From Macrostomum lignano (taxonomy: Eukaryota), in the NCBI GenBank assembly GCA_002269645.1, contig NIVC01001363.1, positions 124,001 through 188,000 of the forward strand: a stretch of 64,000 nt of DNA, written 5' to 3'. Under the pieces are notes generated by a model, which saw nothing but the letters and a program-made list of their open reading frames with translations, was not told the DNA's origin and made no database searches. Every line of letters begins with the position of its first letter. The stretch's first letter is position 1. Positions 22,960 to 35,243 of the stretch are shown in pieces. Position numbers and translations under genes: made by a program.

Positions 22960-23400
22960 AATAATAGATGAGAGAGAAGAGGAAAAAAGGAGATAAAAAT
23001 GACATGAGAAAGAACATAAGAAGAGACAAGGAGAGATGGGTGAGAGTAGAGAACAGAAAAGAAAGAATAGAGGAAGGAGAAGAGATGAGAAAGCTAAAGG
23101 GTTAAGAGTAAAGAGGAGAGAGAAAAGGAGAGAATAGATAAAGAGTACAGATAAGACGAGAGAAAAGAGATGAGAATAAGAGAGTAGAAAAGAGATGAAG
23201 GGGTAAAAAAGAGAGAGTAGAGAGAAGATAGGAGAAATGAGAGGAGAGAGAAAAGACAATAGATAGGAGAGATAGAGAAGAAAAGGGAGGAGAAAGTAGA
23301 GATGAGAGAAGGGAGAGTAGAGAAGAGTGAGTAGAGAGAATAGAGAGTAGATAAGAGAGGAGAGAAGGATAAAGAGAGTAAAGTGAAGAAAGGAGAGAAG
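22960..23400. repeat. AG-rich low-complexity tract
   Basis: Almost pure purine GAGA/AGAA sequence. Confidence 0.9.
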
Positions 23401-23872
23401 TTGCAAATGCCTTAAATCTTAATTTAACATAGTTACATGAATTTACTCCATTTTTTCACCTTTATCCTAACTACATGCATTAATAAGTTTTTGTTTGAGT
23501 ATGAATTTAGATATTAAAAAATGTATGCAAAAATTTCTAGGGTTTAGAATTTAGGGGGTTCAAAATCTGCAGGTTTCAACAGCTTGTAATGTCATAATTT
23601 TTTTATTTAACAAAAACTTTTGGTAAAGTTATTTTTACTGAATTAGACTTCTAAGATGATTGGCTAGTGTCTTCACAAAAATATTTTGTTTTCAATAATA
23701 AAAACTGCAACCCAAAAAGTAGGATCATGCTTTTATTTCCATAGATTTTCAAAGATGTAGGTATATTTTAAGATTAATATATATATATGTCTATATATAA
23801 TATCAAACCATTGTGACATTTCTATTTTTGAAAAAAGTAAAATCTTTTTGAAAAAAAATGCATGAAAAAGAA

Positions 23873-25293
23873 ATGGGCAAAGCTGGAGTAGCTTTTTCTG
23901 CATTAATTGATATTGGTCGAATTGGCCTATCAGTCTATAGCCTATATGTGAAAAGTATGCTTGGTAGCTCTCCAGGCTATAAGGCTCATTGTGATATCTC
24001 AAGTTATATCACTTGCTCTAAGACCTTCAATTCTAGGTAAGTTCTTTCAGTGTATTAATGATTGAAAAGATATTTTTTCACGAAAATAGTGCCTTCAAAT
24101 AATAAAATATTGTTCTATTTTGCAGCTATGGCACCGGATTTGGCCTTATTGGCCCGCTTCTTGGTGAGGATCATATCTTGAATCAAGACAATGGTGTCTA
24201 TGGCATCATCTTCTTTCTTATGCACTTCTTACTAGGTAAGTTCAATTAAAACATTAAAGTGTTTCTCAATTATCATCAATTGGAATAGATATAAAATAGA
24301 CTACTTGATTATTTACTTGATATTAACTTTCCAGTTAGCCTTAATAACAGACTGCCCAACCTACCTGACTACACTAGTCTACCCCAACCTACCTGACTAC
24401 ACTAGACTACCCCAACCTACCTGACTACACTAGACTACCCCAACCTACCTGACTACACTAGACTACCCCAACCTACCTGACTACACTAGACTACCCCAAC
24501 CTACCTGACTACACTAGACTACCCCAACCTACCTGACTACACTAGACTACCCCATGCTACCTGACTACACTAGACTACCCCAACCTACCTGACTACACTA
24601 GACTACCCCAACCTACCTGACTACACTAGACTACCCCAACCTACCTGACTACACTAGACTACCCCAATCTACCTGACTACAACAGACTACAACAGGCTAC
24701 CCCAACCTACAACAGGCTACCCCAACCTACAACAGGCTATCCCAACCTACAACAGGCTACCCCAACCTACAACAGGCTACCCCAACCTACAACAGACTAC
24801 TCCAACCTACAACAGGCTACCCCAACCTACAACAGTCTACCCCAACCTACAACAGGCTACCCCAACCTACAGCAGGCCCAACCTACATGCCTACCTACAG
24901 CAGGCCCCCAACCTACCTGCCTACCTACAGCAGGCCCCCAACCTACCTGCCTACCTACAGCAGGCCCCCAACCTACCTGCCTACCTACAGCAGGCCCCCA
25001 ACCTACCCGCCCTCTGATTGGCTAATCCAGTTCCCAATTCACAATCTGCAGTATGCTTCGCCGCCAGCAAGCTAGGCTTCTGTCTGCGCCTACTAAACTC
25101 TTTGGCCCTAGCGGCTGGCAGCCTCTGGCTGGCCTATATCCTGTTCTATGTGCTGAAACACGCCTGCATAGTGTGCATAGCTATCTATGGCCTGAATCTG
25201 CTGGCTCTGCTGCTCGATATTTGCCAGCTGCGATGCCATTCCGCTAAGCAGAAGCAGCGTGTAGCTAGAGCTGAAAAGAAAAAGAAAAAATAG
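23873..25293 (+). CDS. VKORC1: Vitamin K epoxide reductase complex subunit 1-like; exons 23873(or 23858)-24036, 24126-24235, 25052-25293; about 171 aa
   Basis: CDIS..ITCSKTF loop cysteines, YGTGFGL, LNQDNGVYGIIF, CIVC redox motif, poly-K C-terminus; GT-AG introns in phases 2 and 1. Confidence 0.95.
24355..24996. repeat. Compound minisatellite (27-, 20- and 32-bp CCCAACCTAC-based units) in VKORC1 intron 2
   Basis: Tandem CCCAACCTACCTGACTACACTAGACTA units, then shorter and longer variants. Confidence 0.92.
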
Positions 25294-26104
25294 ACAAAAG
25301 TATTAATATTACTTGTCTAGGAATATTTACTATGGACAATAAATAAACTGTTTCAATCTTCTCCCAGTCATTTTGTCTATTCCTACTGACCGCAATTCTA
25401 CTTGCTAGTTGATAGATTGCTATTGGCGTCGGTTTTGTCTGCGTTATTTTTGGTGGTGTTTTGACAAATTTGAAATAACAAATCAAAAAAGATTGTCTCA
25501 TTTTGGTCTGTTTTCATTCTGCTTTTGCTGGTGGCCGGCAGTATGCGTCCTTTTGCAGTTAACGAAGTTTGGTATATTTTGAATTGGTCCTACACTACCT
25601 GTGCCCAGAGATATTAATCGTGCTTTGTTTTTCATCGAGGCTCCTTTATTGATTTTTGTTCGGCTGTTTTCAATTGCATGCTCTGTCAGTTATTTGCCAA
25701 ATGCCAATCATGACGTCATGCCATAGCGTTTCTCTCTCTCTCTCTCTCCCGCTCTCGGTCTAAGCCCTTTTTATTCATTTTTTTGTTTAATAGCAATTTT
25801 TTCTGACTTAGTTTGATTAAATAAAAGCATAACAATTTCATTGTGCGAGTGAGGTTCTAGAGAATGAAATCAGTTTGTTTGAGTTGGTATTGGCTGGTAT
25901 ATTGAGCTTCGCAAGTTTCTTCTTCTGCAATTTATTTAAAAAAATTAAAGTAGGCATTGAAACCTTCATTGCATTTTAGACAATGTAAAACTTTGTCGAT
26001 TCCATATTTTCAAGATAAAGGCACTGTAAGTAGAAATTGCTAATACTATTAATACAACACTGCAAGCACATTACATTTCGTAGCTTTAAGCTTCATATGG
26101 TATT

Positions 26105-27072
26105 CAAGTACCACGATTGTATAACAGGACGGAAGACTCAAATATCGTGTAATTTTTTGAAGGCCGATTTCCTGGGAAAAATACTGCAGAGATACTCAGG
26201 AAAAACGTTTTTTTTCATCACAAGATCAACGGTTTCATTTGATCTGGAGCAGTGAAGCTTATCATTTTTTAATGTTGTATGCACATGTTACTGTGTTGCA
26301 ATTTATATAGTTTTGCAGTGAAAGTTCCATTTCCTATTGATTTTGTCGTTATTTCACAAGCCCAAGTTAAAGTTGCAAAAATTCAGAAATGATTTTTTGT
26401 TCTTTGGCATAATAATGATGCCTTTCTACAGGGGGGTTGTAGCCTAGCGGTTAGAGCGTCGGGCTCACGACTTGAAGGTCGGGGGTTCGATTGCCGATCC
26501 CATCGGAACAATTTGTATCCTTGAGAAGGACACTTAACTCTGCATTGCTTCAGTTCACCCAGCTGTAAAATGGGTGCCAGCATTAGCTGGGGTAATTGAG
26601 GGTGTGTGTGGCGACCCCCCAGTCCTTGGACTGAACAGCCGTACGCAGCCTTCAGATGCGCCGCGCAATAGCTGCGGCTGAGCTGTCGGTTGCACATCTG
26701 GCCCAATTGGGGCAGGTGTAATCAATTATTATCATATCGTTATATAAATACAATATGAAAAAATTATCCTAGTAAACATAGTTTACTTTTAATTATTTAG
26801 ACAGGGCTTACGAATGGCTACTAATTTGTATGCATTAAAATGGAACTTTCACTACACAACTATGTAAAATACAGCAGAGTAACATGCTGTGCAATGTGCA
26901 TGCCAAATTAAAGAAATGGAAATATTCACTGCCCCAGATCAGATGCAATCGTTGGTTTTGTGATGAAAAAAGATTTTTTCCTATTTCTGCAGTGTATTTT
27001 TTACAGGAATTGGCCTCCAAAAAACTGCGCGATGTTTTAGTTTTCCATTCCGTCATGCTACAGTGGTCCTTG
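26105..27072. mobile_element. Older copy of the CAAGGAC foldback/MITE family
   Basis: Diverged arms (~26105-26370 and ~26837-27072) homologous to the 16787 element; TSD ATGGTATT/ATGTTATT (7 of 8 match). Confidence 0.8.
26431..26731 (+). mobile_element. tRNA-derived SINE with CORE-like domain
   Basis: A box TAGCCTAGCGG, B box GGTTCGATTGCC, CORE-like CCTTGAGAAGGACACTTAAC...CAGCTGTAAAATGGG, ATT tail. Confidence 0.8.
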
Positions 27073-27155
27073 ATGTTATTCATGGACTACTTTTCTTTGA
27101 AATGAGTTGAAGGCCTTAGAAGGAACCGAAGTCCCTAATTTTCTTTAAGTCTCAG

Positions 27156-28796
27156 ACCGTCGATCCTCATCACAATCAAGTTGACAACCACGGCTGTCGC
27201 GGCGGTTGCAGCAGCCCGATTTGCTGTCGCCTGCCGCACCGACTCCTGGTCCGAATCCTGGCCAGCCTGACGCTGCCCGATCGTCTGCTCACGGCGCCGT
27301 TCGTCTGTCCTCGCCTGGCAGCCGCCAGCCGCGAGCCCGCTGTCCAGGGCCGCCTGCTCGACCTCGCCTGTCTCGCGCCGCTGTCCCGACCGGCCATCTT
27401 GAAGCTTCTGAGGATGCTTCGCCGACGCTCGCCAAGAAGGCTTCGTCGTTTAGTGCTGGCGTCGGATTCTGCCGCTAGCATCGGTTTGATCTCCGCTGAC
27501 GAGTTCCTGACATTGGCTGTCCGACTTTGTCCCGGCCTTGGCCATCTGCAGCTGCTGGACGCGGTCGGCAGCAACTTGCCGAGATTCCTCCGCACTGCCA
27601 GGTGTCGCCGGCTGGTGAGTCTTCGATTGGACCGAGTCTACCCGGAGCGCGGCACTTCTCAGCTATTTTTTGCTCACGTTGCTCGTCGATTCCCCCGACT
27701 GTCGCGGTTGTCGTTAAACGCCGCTACAGCCGGCGATGCGCCCGCCGCTTTGGCCTCTCTGGCGCCGCTTCGATTTCGACTTCGCCGGCTGCGCTTTGGC
27801 ATCGGTGGCGACTGTCGCGGCGGTGCTGGCGGCAGTGAGAACTGTCGCCTGCAGGCCTTGCTGAGCGCCCTGCCTTCGCCGATGCTGGCGCACTTGCGAT
27901 TGATCTCGCTGGACCTGTCCAACCTCCGGCTGCCGGCCGCTCCGGAAGACAGTCTCAGACCGTTGCAGGCCGCCGCCAACTTGACCTGCCTGCGTCTCGA
28001 CGGCAACTTCTTTCCGCAACTGGCGCCGGCGTCCTTAGCCGAAGCGTTGCGTTCGCTGCGTCACCGGCTGCGCTGCCTCCGTCTGGCCGAAATGTCTCCA
28101 TCGGCTACTCCGGATGCCTGCTGCTCGCCGGCTGTCATCGACGCTCTGTTCCGACGCCGGATGCCGGCGCTTCGCTCGCTCACCGTTGGACTCCGGAGAT
28201 TTGTCGATAGGCACGCCGGCGCCGTAGCGCGCGCCGCCCCGAGGCTGCGTCGACTCGCCTTTCTAAACTGCGGCATCGGCGCCGACACTCTGCGTCGGCT
28301 GTTGCTGCCGATTGGCTCGCCGTTTCCAAGCGCTCGGCGTCCGCGTCGGCTCCGCCTGTTGGCCGTGGTTGCGGGCTTGTTTGGCTCGAAATTAGAACTG
28401 GATGGGGTTGAGAGTGGTCAAGATGTTACGGAGAAGCGCAGCATCGGGTATTGTGTAAGAGGATTGAGTATCGATCGCGAAGCTGACTGTCTGCGCTGCG
28501 TCAGCCTGAGCGCTCCGGCTTCGGTTCATGCTGGCCTGGAGTCGCTGCTGACTTTAGCCCTACCGCCGGAGCCGTATTTCGTTCGCTTGAGTTCCGCCGA
28601 CTCAGCCGCGTCTGGAATGTCGATGATCGACAGCTGGATGACGGCGGGTTGGCTGACGCCCCGGCTGGCTGCAGGCGGAAGGGCTGGTGGCGCGGAGCCC
28701 CTGGCTTTGATTGGTCACTTAGTGCATGATCGCTGGTGCGTCTGCGAGACCCGCGGGCCCGCCGAAGCTTTCTCGGCTGCCGTTCTGCGGGACTGA
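27156..28796 (+). CDS. F-box/LRR-repeat protein, 5' end at a splice acceptor
   Basis: The frame stays open upstream of the listed ORF and encodes the F-box-like RLPHRLLVRILASLTLPDRLLTAPFVCPRL, followed by LxxLxL LRR units; phase-0 acceptor TCTCAG at 27150-27155. Confidence 0.85.
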   Translation, partial: TVDPHHNQVDNHGCRGGCSSPICCRLPHRLLVRILASLTLPDRLLTAPFVCPRLAAASREPAVQGRLLDLACLAPLSRPAILKLLRMLRRRSPRRLRRLVLASDSAASIGLISADEFLTLAVRLCPGLGHLQLLDAVGSNLPRFLRTARCRRLVSLRLDRVYPERGTSQLFFAHVARRFPRLSRLSLNAATAGDAPAALASLAPLRFRLRRLRFGIGGDCRGGAGGSENCRLQALLSALPSPMLAHLRLISLDLSNLRLPAAPEDSLRPLQAAANLTCLRLDGNFFPQLAPASLAEALRSLRHRLRCLRLAEMSPSATPDACCSPAVIDALFRRRMPALRSLTVGLRRFVDRHAGAVARAAPRLRRLAFLNCGIGADTLRRLLLPIGSPFPSARRPRRLRLLAVVAGLFGSKLELDGVESGQDVTEKRSIGYCVRGLSIDREADCLRCVSLSAPASVHAGLESLLTLALPPEPYFVRLSSADSAASGMSMIDSWMTAGWLTPRLAAGGRAGGAEPLALIGHLVHDRWCVCETRGPAEAFSAAVLRD

Positions 28797-28817
28797 CTTT
28801 GCTGCGCTGTGGGCCCG

Positions 28818-29127
28818 AAACTTCATGTTTCTCTAACTGCACTAAACTTCATGTTTCTCAAACTGCACTAAACCTCATGTTTCTCAAACTTTAATAAACT
28901 TCATGTTTCTCAAACTTCACTGAACTTCATGTTTCTCAAACTTCACTAAACTTCATGTTTTTCAAACTTCACTGAACTTCATGTTTCTCAAACTTCACTA
29001 AACTTCATGTTTCTCAAACTTCACTGAACTTCATGTTTCTCAAACTTCACTAAACTTCATGTTTCTCAAACTTCAATAAACTTCAATGTTCTCAAACTTC
29101 ACTAAACTTTTATATTCCCTAAACTTC
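28818..29127. repeat. 26-bp minisatellite (~11 copies)
   Basis: AAACTTCATGTTTCTCAAACTTCACT units. Confidence 0.92.
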
Positions 29128-29495
29128 AATTCCCAACTGGCTTCCCTAACACACAAAAGTTGTGGAATATGAAGTTGCCATGGGCTTAGCTGTTGTTAAA
29201 TATTTACTTTTTGTCTCTTTTGGCATTCCATGCAATAATCTTCTATGAGCTTTTCGTACATTCCTTGTATTTTTAATAAATTGGTGTGTTTAAAGTTGCA
29301 ATCTTATGCGATAGATGGAGAGCAAAATTTATTCATATTTACTATACCACCGGAATATGCAAAAAACCGAAACATCAGTTAACACTTCTTTATTATTTTT
29401 TACTGATTTTAGATTTGTATTGACGGTATAGTGTTTACAGTAGTACTGTATGCGAGTAAGTTCTGAGACAAGACACTAAAAATAACAATGCAATA

Positions 29496-30806
29496 CGAGG
29501 GGTGATCAAAAAGTTCTGCAAGTGACCTCACAACTCAGTGTTACAGCAGCCGAGGCGTCAAATCAGTGTCACATTCCCTCAAAGTACTTTCCACCACCAT
29601 CTATGCACCATCGCAATGCCTATGCACCATGTCTGAAAGCAGTCGTGGTACTCCGAAGTTGGTATACCCTGTAGAGCTGAATTTACCGCTTGGGCAAGCT
29701 CTTGTATGTGTTAAAACGGCCTCGCAGAAATGACGGATTTGATCCTCGGGAACAGCCAAAAGTTGCATGGTGCTAGATCTGGATGGATGGGGCAGCAGCT
29801 GGACCCCCTGCTGCTCCAGGTACGCCATGGTTGAGGCCGCTCTGTGCGGTGCCGCATTGTCATGGACTGGTGCAGCAGGAGTCGAGGTCCATGTCTGGTT
29901 CGCGCACGTTCCCGCCGCTCCTGCAGCACGCCTGGCAGAACAGTGTCTGTGTAGTACCTGGCAGTCACTGTGGCACCCGCTGGAAGGATGTTCACCGATA
30001 CAACACCCTGAGAGTTGAAAAAATGATGAATATCCGCTTCCGACTGCGGAATCCGGTCTTCAGCACCTTGGGCCTCGGGCTCATCTTCTGCTAGCCAGAC
30101 CATGTTGGACTGCTTATCCTTCATGGTAAAAGAAGGAGATCCAACATTCGTCTCCTGTGATGACATCCGACAGTCGTCGTGGGCCGTGAGGGTCAAACAT
30201 TTGCACCCACAAGCGACAGATCTCTGCTTGCTGCTCCGGAGTGAGAAGATGGGGTACTCACCGAGCGCAGGTCTTTGTGCGGCCTAGTTGCTCATGCATG
30301 ATGTAATGAGCACTTCCATAGCTGACACCAAGCTCATTGGCAAGGAATCTCAGCATAATGCTCCAATCCTCACGAATTATTGCATCGGCATGGGCCACAA
30401 CATCTTCGGTCACGGATGTCCGGGGTCGGCCAGAACTCGGTTCATCGTTAAAGCTGTCCCGGCCTTCCAAGAAATGGCGCAGCCAGCGGGCAACCGTGTC
30501 AAATGATGGAGCAGAGTCAGCTAAAACATTCACCAGATCGGTATGAATCTCAGTCACTTTGCAACCAAGTTGCATGCACAAAGATATAGAAGCGAACACT
30601 GTCTTTATGATGTTTCCATCAGCTACTGAAAACACATGGAAAATATATGGCTGTGAAATTTGACTGGAGCACATTTGGAAGCCAAAATTGCATATAGCTA
30701 AATATAGCAAACAGATATAGCCGCATATGTGTAAGTTTTTGGCTTTTGCCGATTCTATAACTAAGAGCTATAACAAAAGGTTGCAAAACTTTTTGATCAC
30801 CCCTCG
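29496..30806 (-). mobile_element. Mariner transposon, degenerate
   Basis: 26-bp TIR CGAGGGGTGATCAAAAAGTT(C/T)TGCAA; TA TSD; broken transposase with GRPR, VPH, TGDE and PDLAP motifs. Confidence 0.93.
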
Positions 30807-31858
30807 TATAGAATTGGACCAGCGCAATCAGATTCAATAACAATAGACACAGTACGAATGCTCGCGTTGCTTTGGAAGCACTGTTTAATAACAGCGGGAG
30901 TAAGAGCTCTAAAGTAGCTCACCATAAAACTGATGCATAAATATGATTAAATGAAGGCGGGATAAAAATCCTGCAATGTTGGCCCAATTTAAGGCACAGC
31001 ACAAAAAATTAACGCGTCAGGAATCAGAACTTCGATCTGCCATCCTAGAAGACTCAAGGAGTAGCTAGTTCAGATTTCAATGGGATACTTTGGCCGTATG
31101 ATTAAATAAAGTGAGAATTTGCTCAGGAGCTTTTGCTTAAACTCTAAGTGAGGGAAGTCTTCATATAACTGAGTCTATCGACCTGAAGCTCAATATTTTT
31201 GGTCGACTAGAGACTATAGTTTCTACTTGAGCATTGATTGAGAAAAGATGATTGTTTTTGGCAAAAGTTTGAGCGAATGCTCACTTATATTCATCCGGCC
31301 AAATGAGTACAGCATGCACCATTAACAAAAAAGGTCGAAGCACAAAATCAGGCACTTTTCTATTGAAAAGTTTGAGAGGCTGTTGCTAGTTTCTTTTTAA
31401 AATTTTAATACAGGTTGAAATCAGAAATTTAAGGCTCGGTCACACCGCTATCAAATGCAGTCACGCATTTGAACAAACTTCTAATAGAATTTCGAGTATA
31501 GCTAGTATCTGGCAAAAACATCTGACCCGTGGCACTTCCTGACTTCCAGTACTTCATAAGACCGAATTACACAGCACCGAAAAGGCATAAAAACCTTAAA
31601 AGCAGAGTCCTTCATAAGATCTTTTGATGGGGCTTATAACCATGTACAAGCATGCTGAAGCATGATGGAGTTTATTGCAAGAATTTCAATTACGTTTATA
31701 TTTTGATCGCATGGATCGAGGATGCTGCGTTTTGATTCTGTTGTCGTGGTGAGATTCTGGTCTTATGAAAAGTGTCAACGACGTTTGACAGCCTCAATTT
31801 GAATAGCTACCACTCTGGCAGCCAGCCATTTGACTGCCAAAAACGATTATAACTTAAC

Positions 31859-32337
31859 CAGGGCCACATGCGGCCCACGAAGCCTCTCTATCCGGCCCTC
31901 GGGTCCTTTGAACCTTCACAGTGGGAATCCGGCCCGCTCAAGATGCGACTCTTCGGCTCCTTTGTCAGTTCTCTCCTCTCCACTCTCCTCCTCTTTCTCA
32001 TCTCTCCTCTTTTCTTTTCTCACATCTCATCTCGTTTCTTCTCTCCCTATTAACCTTCTTATCTCTCTTATTTCTCTCCTTTTTTCTCTCTTATCTTCTC
32101 TCTCATCTCCTCTCTCCTCTCATCTTTTTCTTCGCTTCTCTTATCTTCTCTCTCATCTCTCCAATTTTCTCTCTTCTTATCTTCTCTTATTGCATCTCTC
32201 ATCTCGCCTCTCACTTCTCATCTCTTTCCTCTTCTCTCTTCTCTATTCCTAATTTTCTTTTCTCTCTCATCCGGCCCGCGGCAATGATCTATAAATTCCT
32301 TATCTGACCCTGAGGTACAAAATTTTTCCGATCCCTG
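31859..32337. mobile_element. hAT/Charlie-like MITE remnant with CT-rich interior
   Basis: CAGGGCCACATGCGGCCC...CCGGCCCGCG...CCCTG motifs; no clean TSD. Confidence 0.35.
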
Positions 32338-32387
32338 ACTCAAACCCCTAACCTAAATTGCTAGTGGGTAAAATTCTCTTTCGGCAG

Positions 32388-33803
32388 TCAAAAGTCTGGC
32401 TCCCCTTTGAAAGATTTTTGTTCCATCGGTCTTGCGACCGACCCAGTCTTAGAGGTCCTTATAGAATCACTGCAGAATGCACAACTGCCGTCAGAACTTG
32501 AGCTAATAGAGCTTCCCATTGTTTTCACCATCATCAGTTTTGTCGGCCCGGGATCTGATCCATGTCCGACAGTGTTGGACAGACGACGGGACCTGCGAAA
32601 CACGTCGCTTCGCAGTAGGATGACAAAGAGGGCCGGATTGATGAGGTTCATGATGCACATTGCGCCGCCTAGCAGGCACAAGTAGGCGGTGTCTATGCGG
32701 CTACGCTCGGCCACTATGCCGTAGGTGATGCGAGCTAAGCAGTAGCCGCGGCACAGCAAAAATGTGGCCAGATTAATCAGCGCATTTAACCGATAGACTG
32801 GAGCCGTGAATGAGACGCGCAGCATTTGCATCAGTTTGCGCAGGTGAAGAAAAATTGAATTCACCTCGGTGAGCAAAGCCACAGCTGTGTAGCCAATGAA
32901 CATCCGATTAGATAAGTTGTAGACAAATTTTGATATCACCTGTGAGTGTAGAAATGTGTTTATATTGATTTTTATCAATAGTAGCTTATGTCATACACCT
33001 ATATCAATATAGATTTAGTCAATAATTAATTATTCTTTGTTAAAACAGTCAAACTGCTAAGTTTATTGTGCCTAAGATACTAAAAAGTTGCTTTCAATGG
33101 GGTAAAAATTTGCATTCTATAATGAGATCCCATTAAAAATGATAACAGTCTAAGCTTATACTTACAGCAATATGATGAAGACTTAGCTCCCATTCCTTGA
33201 GCAACTTTCCTTGAATTAGGAGGTCCATAAAGTCGTAGAAAAAGTATCCTAGAAATATATTTGTGAAGAAGAAATGCATATTTCTTAGATCAAAAATTTT
33301 AGTAATAGAAGTATAAATGAAAATATTCAAACCTGTTGATATGGCAACCATATAGTATGTAAATGGAGATATATGGTTTATCAAATCCTGCCACATCTCA
33401 GGATACAAGTAGAAACTACAATTAATAAAGAAATAGTGAGAGCAGACACTACTTAATATAAAAAACTTGTCTTTATGTTTTATGTTAATAAATCAGGATA
33501 ATATTACATGTTATTTAAACACCCTCTTTAAAAGATCAATAAGAACCAATAATACTTACCAAGAAAGGTCCCATATGCCAATTATTAGAGCATGAATCCA
33601 CGATAGAAGAAGATTTTTCCATTTCCATAACTCCTCTTGATTTTTCGCTCGATGTACAATGATTCTTGGGGTCCAATCACGGTTAAAATTTGATTTAGTA
33701 ATCCGAAAATTGCAATAGTAAATAAAGCGGCACAAAATCCTCCCTTAACAGAAACTACACCAGCTTCGTTAGGAAAAGCATATTTGTAGAGTTCATTTTT
33801 CAT
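32388..33803 (-). CDS. TLC-domain protein (TLCD1/2-like); exons 33803-33560, 33415-33333, 33248-33166, 32939-32388; 1-nt frameshift in exon 1
   Basis: WKWKNLLLSWIHA, GYFFYDF, LHH and EVNSIFLHLRK motifs; GT-AG introns in consistent phases; adding one C at the GGGG run (~33668-33671) restores the frame. Confidence 0.88.
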
Positions 33804-35243
33804 CTGAACTACTCAAGAGAACACAAAGTCTATAAATAACTAGCTAATGCTAGAGCCAAACCGTAAGGCGTTGGGTTGGTACGTGAGCGTGGCAACATTT
33901 AGTTTATCTTTGTAATTCTCCAAGTTAAAATTGTGAAGTTATACATTTAAAACGGAAATAACAAAATTTTCGTCAGAATTCAAGATATATTCATATAATG
34001 CAACAAGAGAAAATACAGCTTTTTACTTAATATAAATTTATTATTTAGAACTTTCCCAGTATTTTTATCGCAAAACACTTTGTAATTGTAACAGAAACTT
34101 ATAGTGCAAATAAGTCGTAAAAACCAATGCAACATTGTCCGAGCCCGAGAGCTTGCTTATACGAGCTATTCATCTTAAGAACAACTTGAAATCGTTCATA
34201 GTGGTCATTGATTCGTCTACGAAGTGAAAATATCAGGTAATACCCCTAGGGACCCATAATGGGTAAATAATGCATTTTTACTGGCCATTATAATGACATT
34301 GAATGCCACTTAATGGCATTATAATTGCCACTTAATGGCATTATAATTGCCATTATAATGCAAATTCTATATATATAAAATGCATTTATAATGTGGTTGC
34401 AATTAATTAGAAATAATGCATTTTTAGTCATCTTGCGAGCCATATATACTCGTATATATATGAATACATTGCACTTCGTACCTTCGTTTAAATCGGCTCA
34501 TTAAAACCGTACTTAGTTCTATTCTGGTTTGTCTTACCAAACCATGGGCGATGTACACACAATAAGACACACTCAAAATAACACAATTGGTTAGTTTTAT
34601 GTATAAGACAGGTCTCAACTAAGTGAGTGAGCCGAAAATGTAATATTTATTACCAAACAAAGAAGCCAAATGTAAAAAAAAAATTTGTGTCCCCGGAGTT
34701 TTACGTAAAAGCAATTAAACATAAAAAACTGCAAAAATGTGACAAAGAATTAGGTGTATCTAAACAAAGCGCACGGCATATGAGAGAAAACGTAAAACAT
34801 AACATGTAGGATAAATATAGCTGAGCATTAGGCGCGCATGTTTTGTGAAAAAGGGCTTTTTAGTTTAGAAAAACTAACAAGAAACAAAGCTTGCTTAAGT
34901 ACAAGTACTAGATGGTACTGGGTCTACGATGTTAGCCAGCCGGCGTTTGCTAGCCGAAAGTTTGCCAGTTAGTGTCTCTTTCTTGGTCCCGTCTAATTCC
35001 CCAGTCATATTTTCTTCCTGTGTCCTAGCAATAGAGCTTTTAGAATAAGCCTAGCACACACACATCGGCTGGCTAACATCGACAAAAGCTACACAACAAT
35101 AGCTACCCAGCAGATAAATCAGGAATACGTACCAGAAAAAATTTCATGCAATGATTACATTGACAACCAGGACTACTTACAGAATAGAAAACGAGACAAG
35201 ACAATGACCCTGAAAAACTGACGCGCGTTTGAAGTTATCTGAG

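Noticed and set aside
22894-23406. 170-aa Leu/Ser/Phe 'membrane protein' ORF (likewise 31830-32307)
   Set aside because: Translation of AG/CT low-complexity tracts.
26431-26505. tRNA gene
   Set aside because: A and B boxes are present but there is no proper acceptor stem, and it continues into a SINE body.
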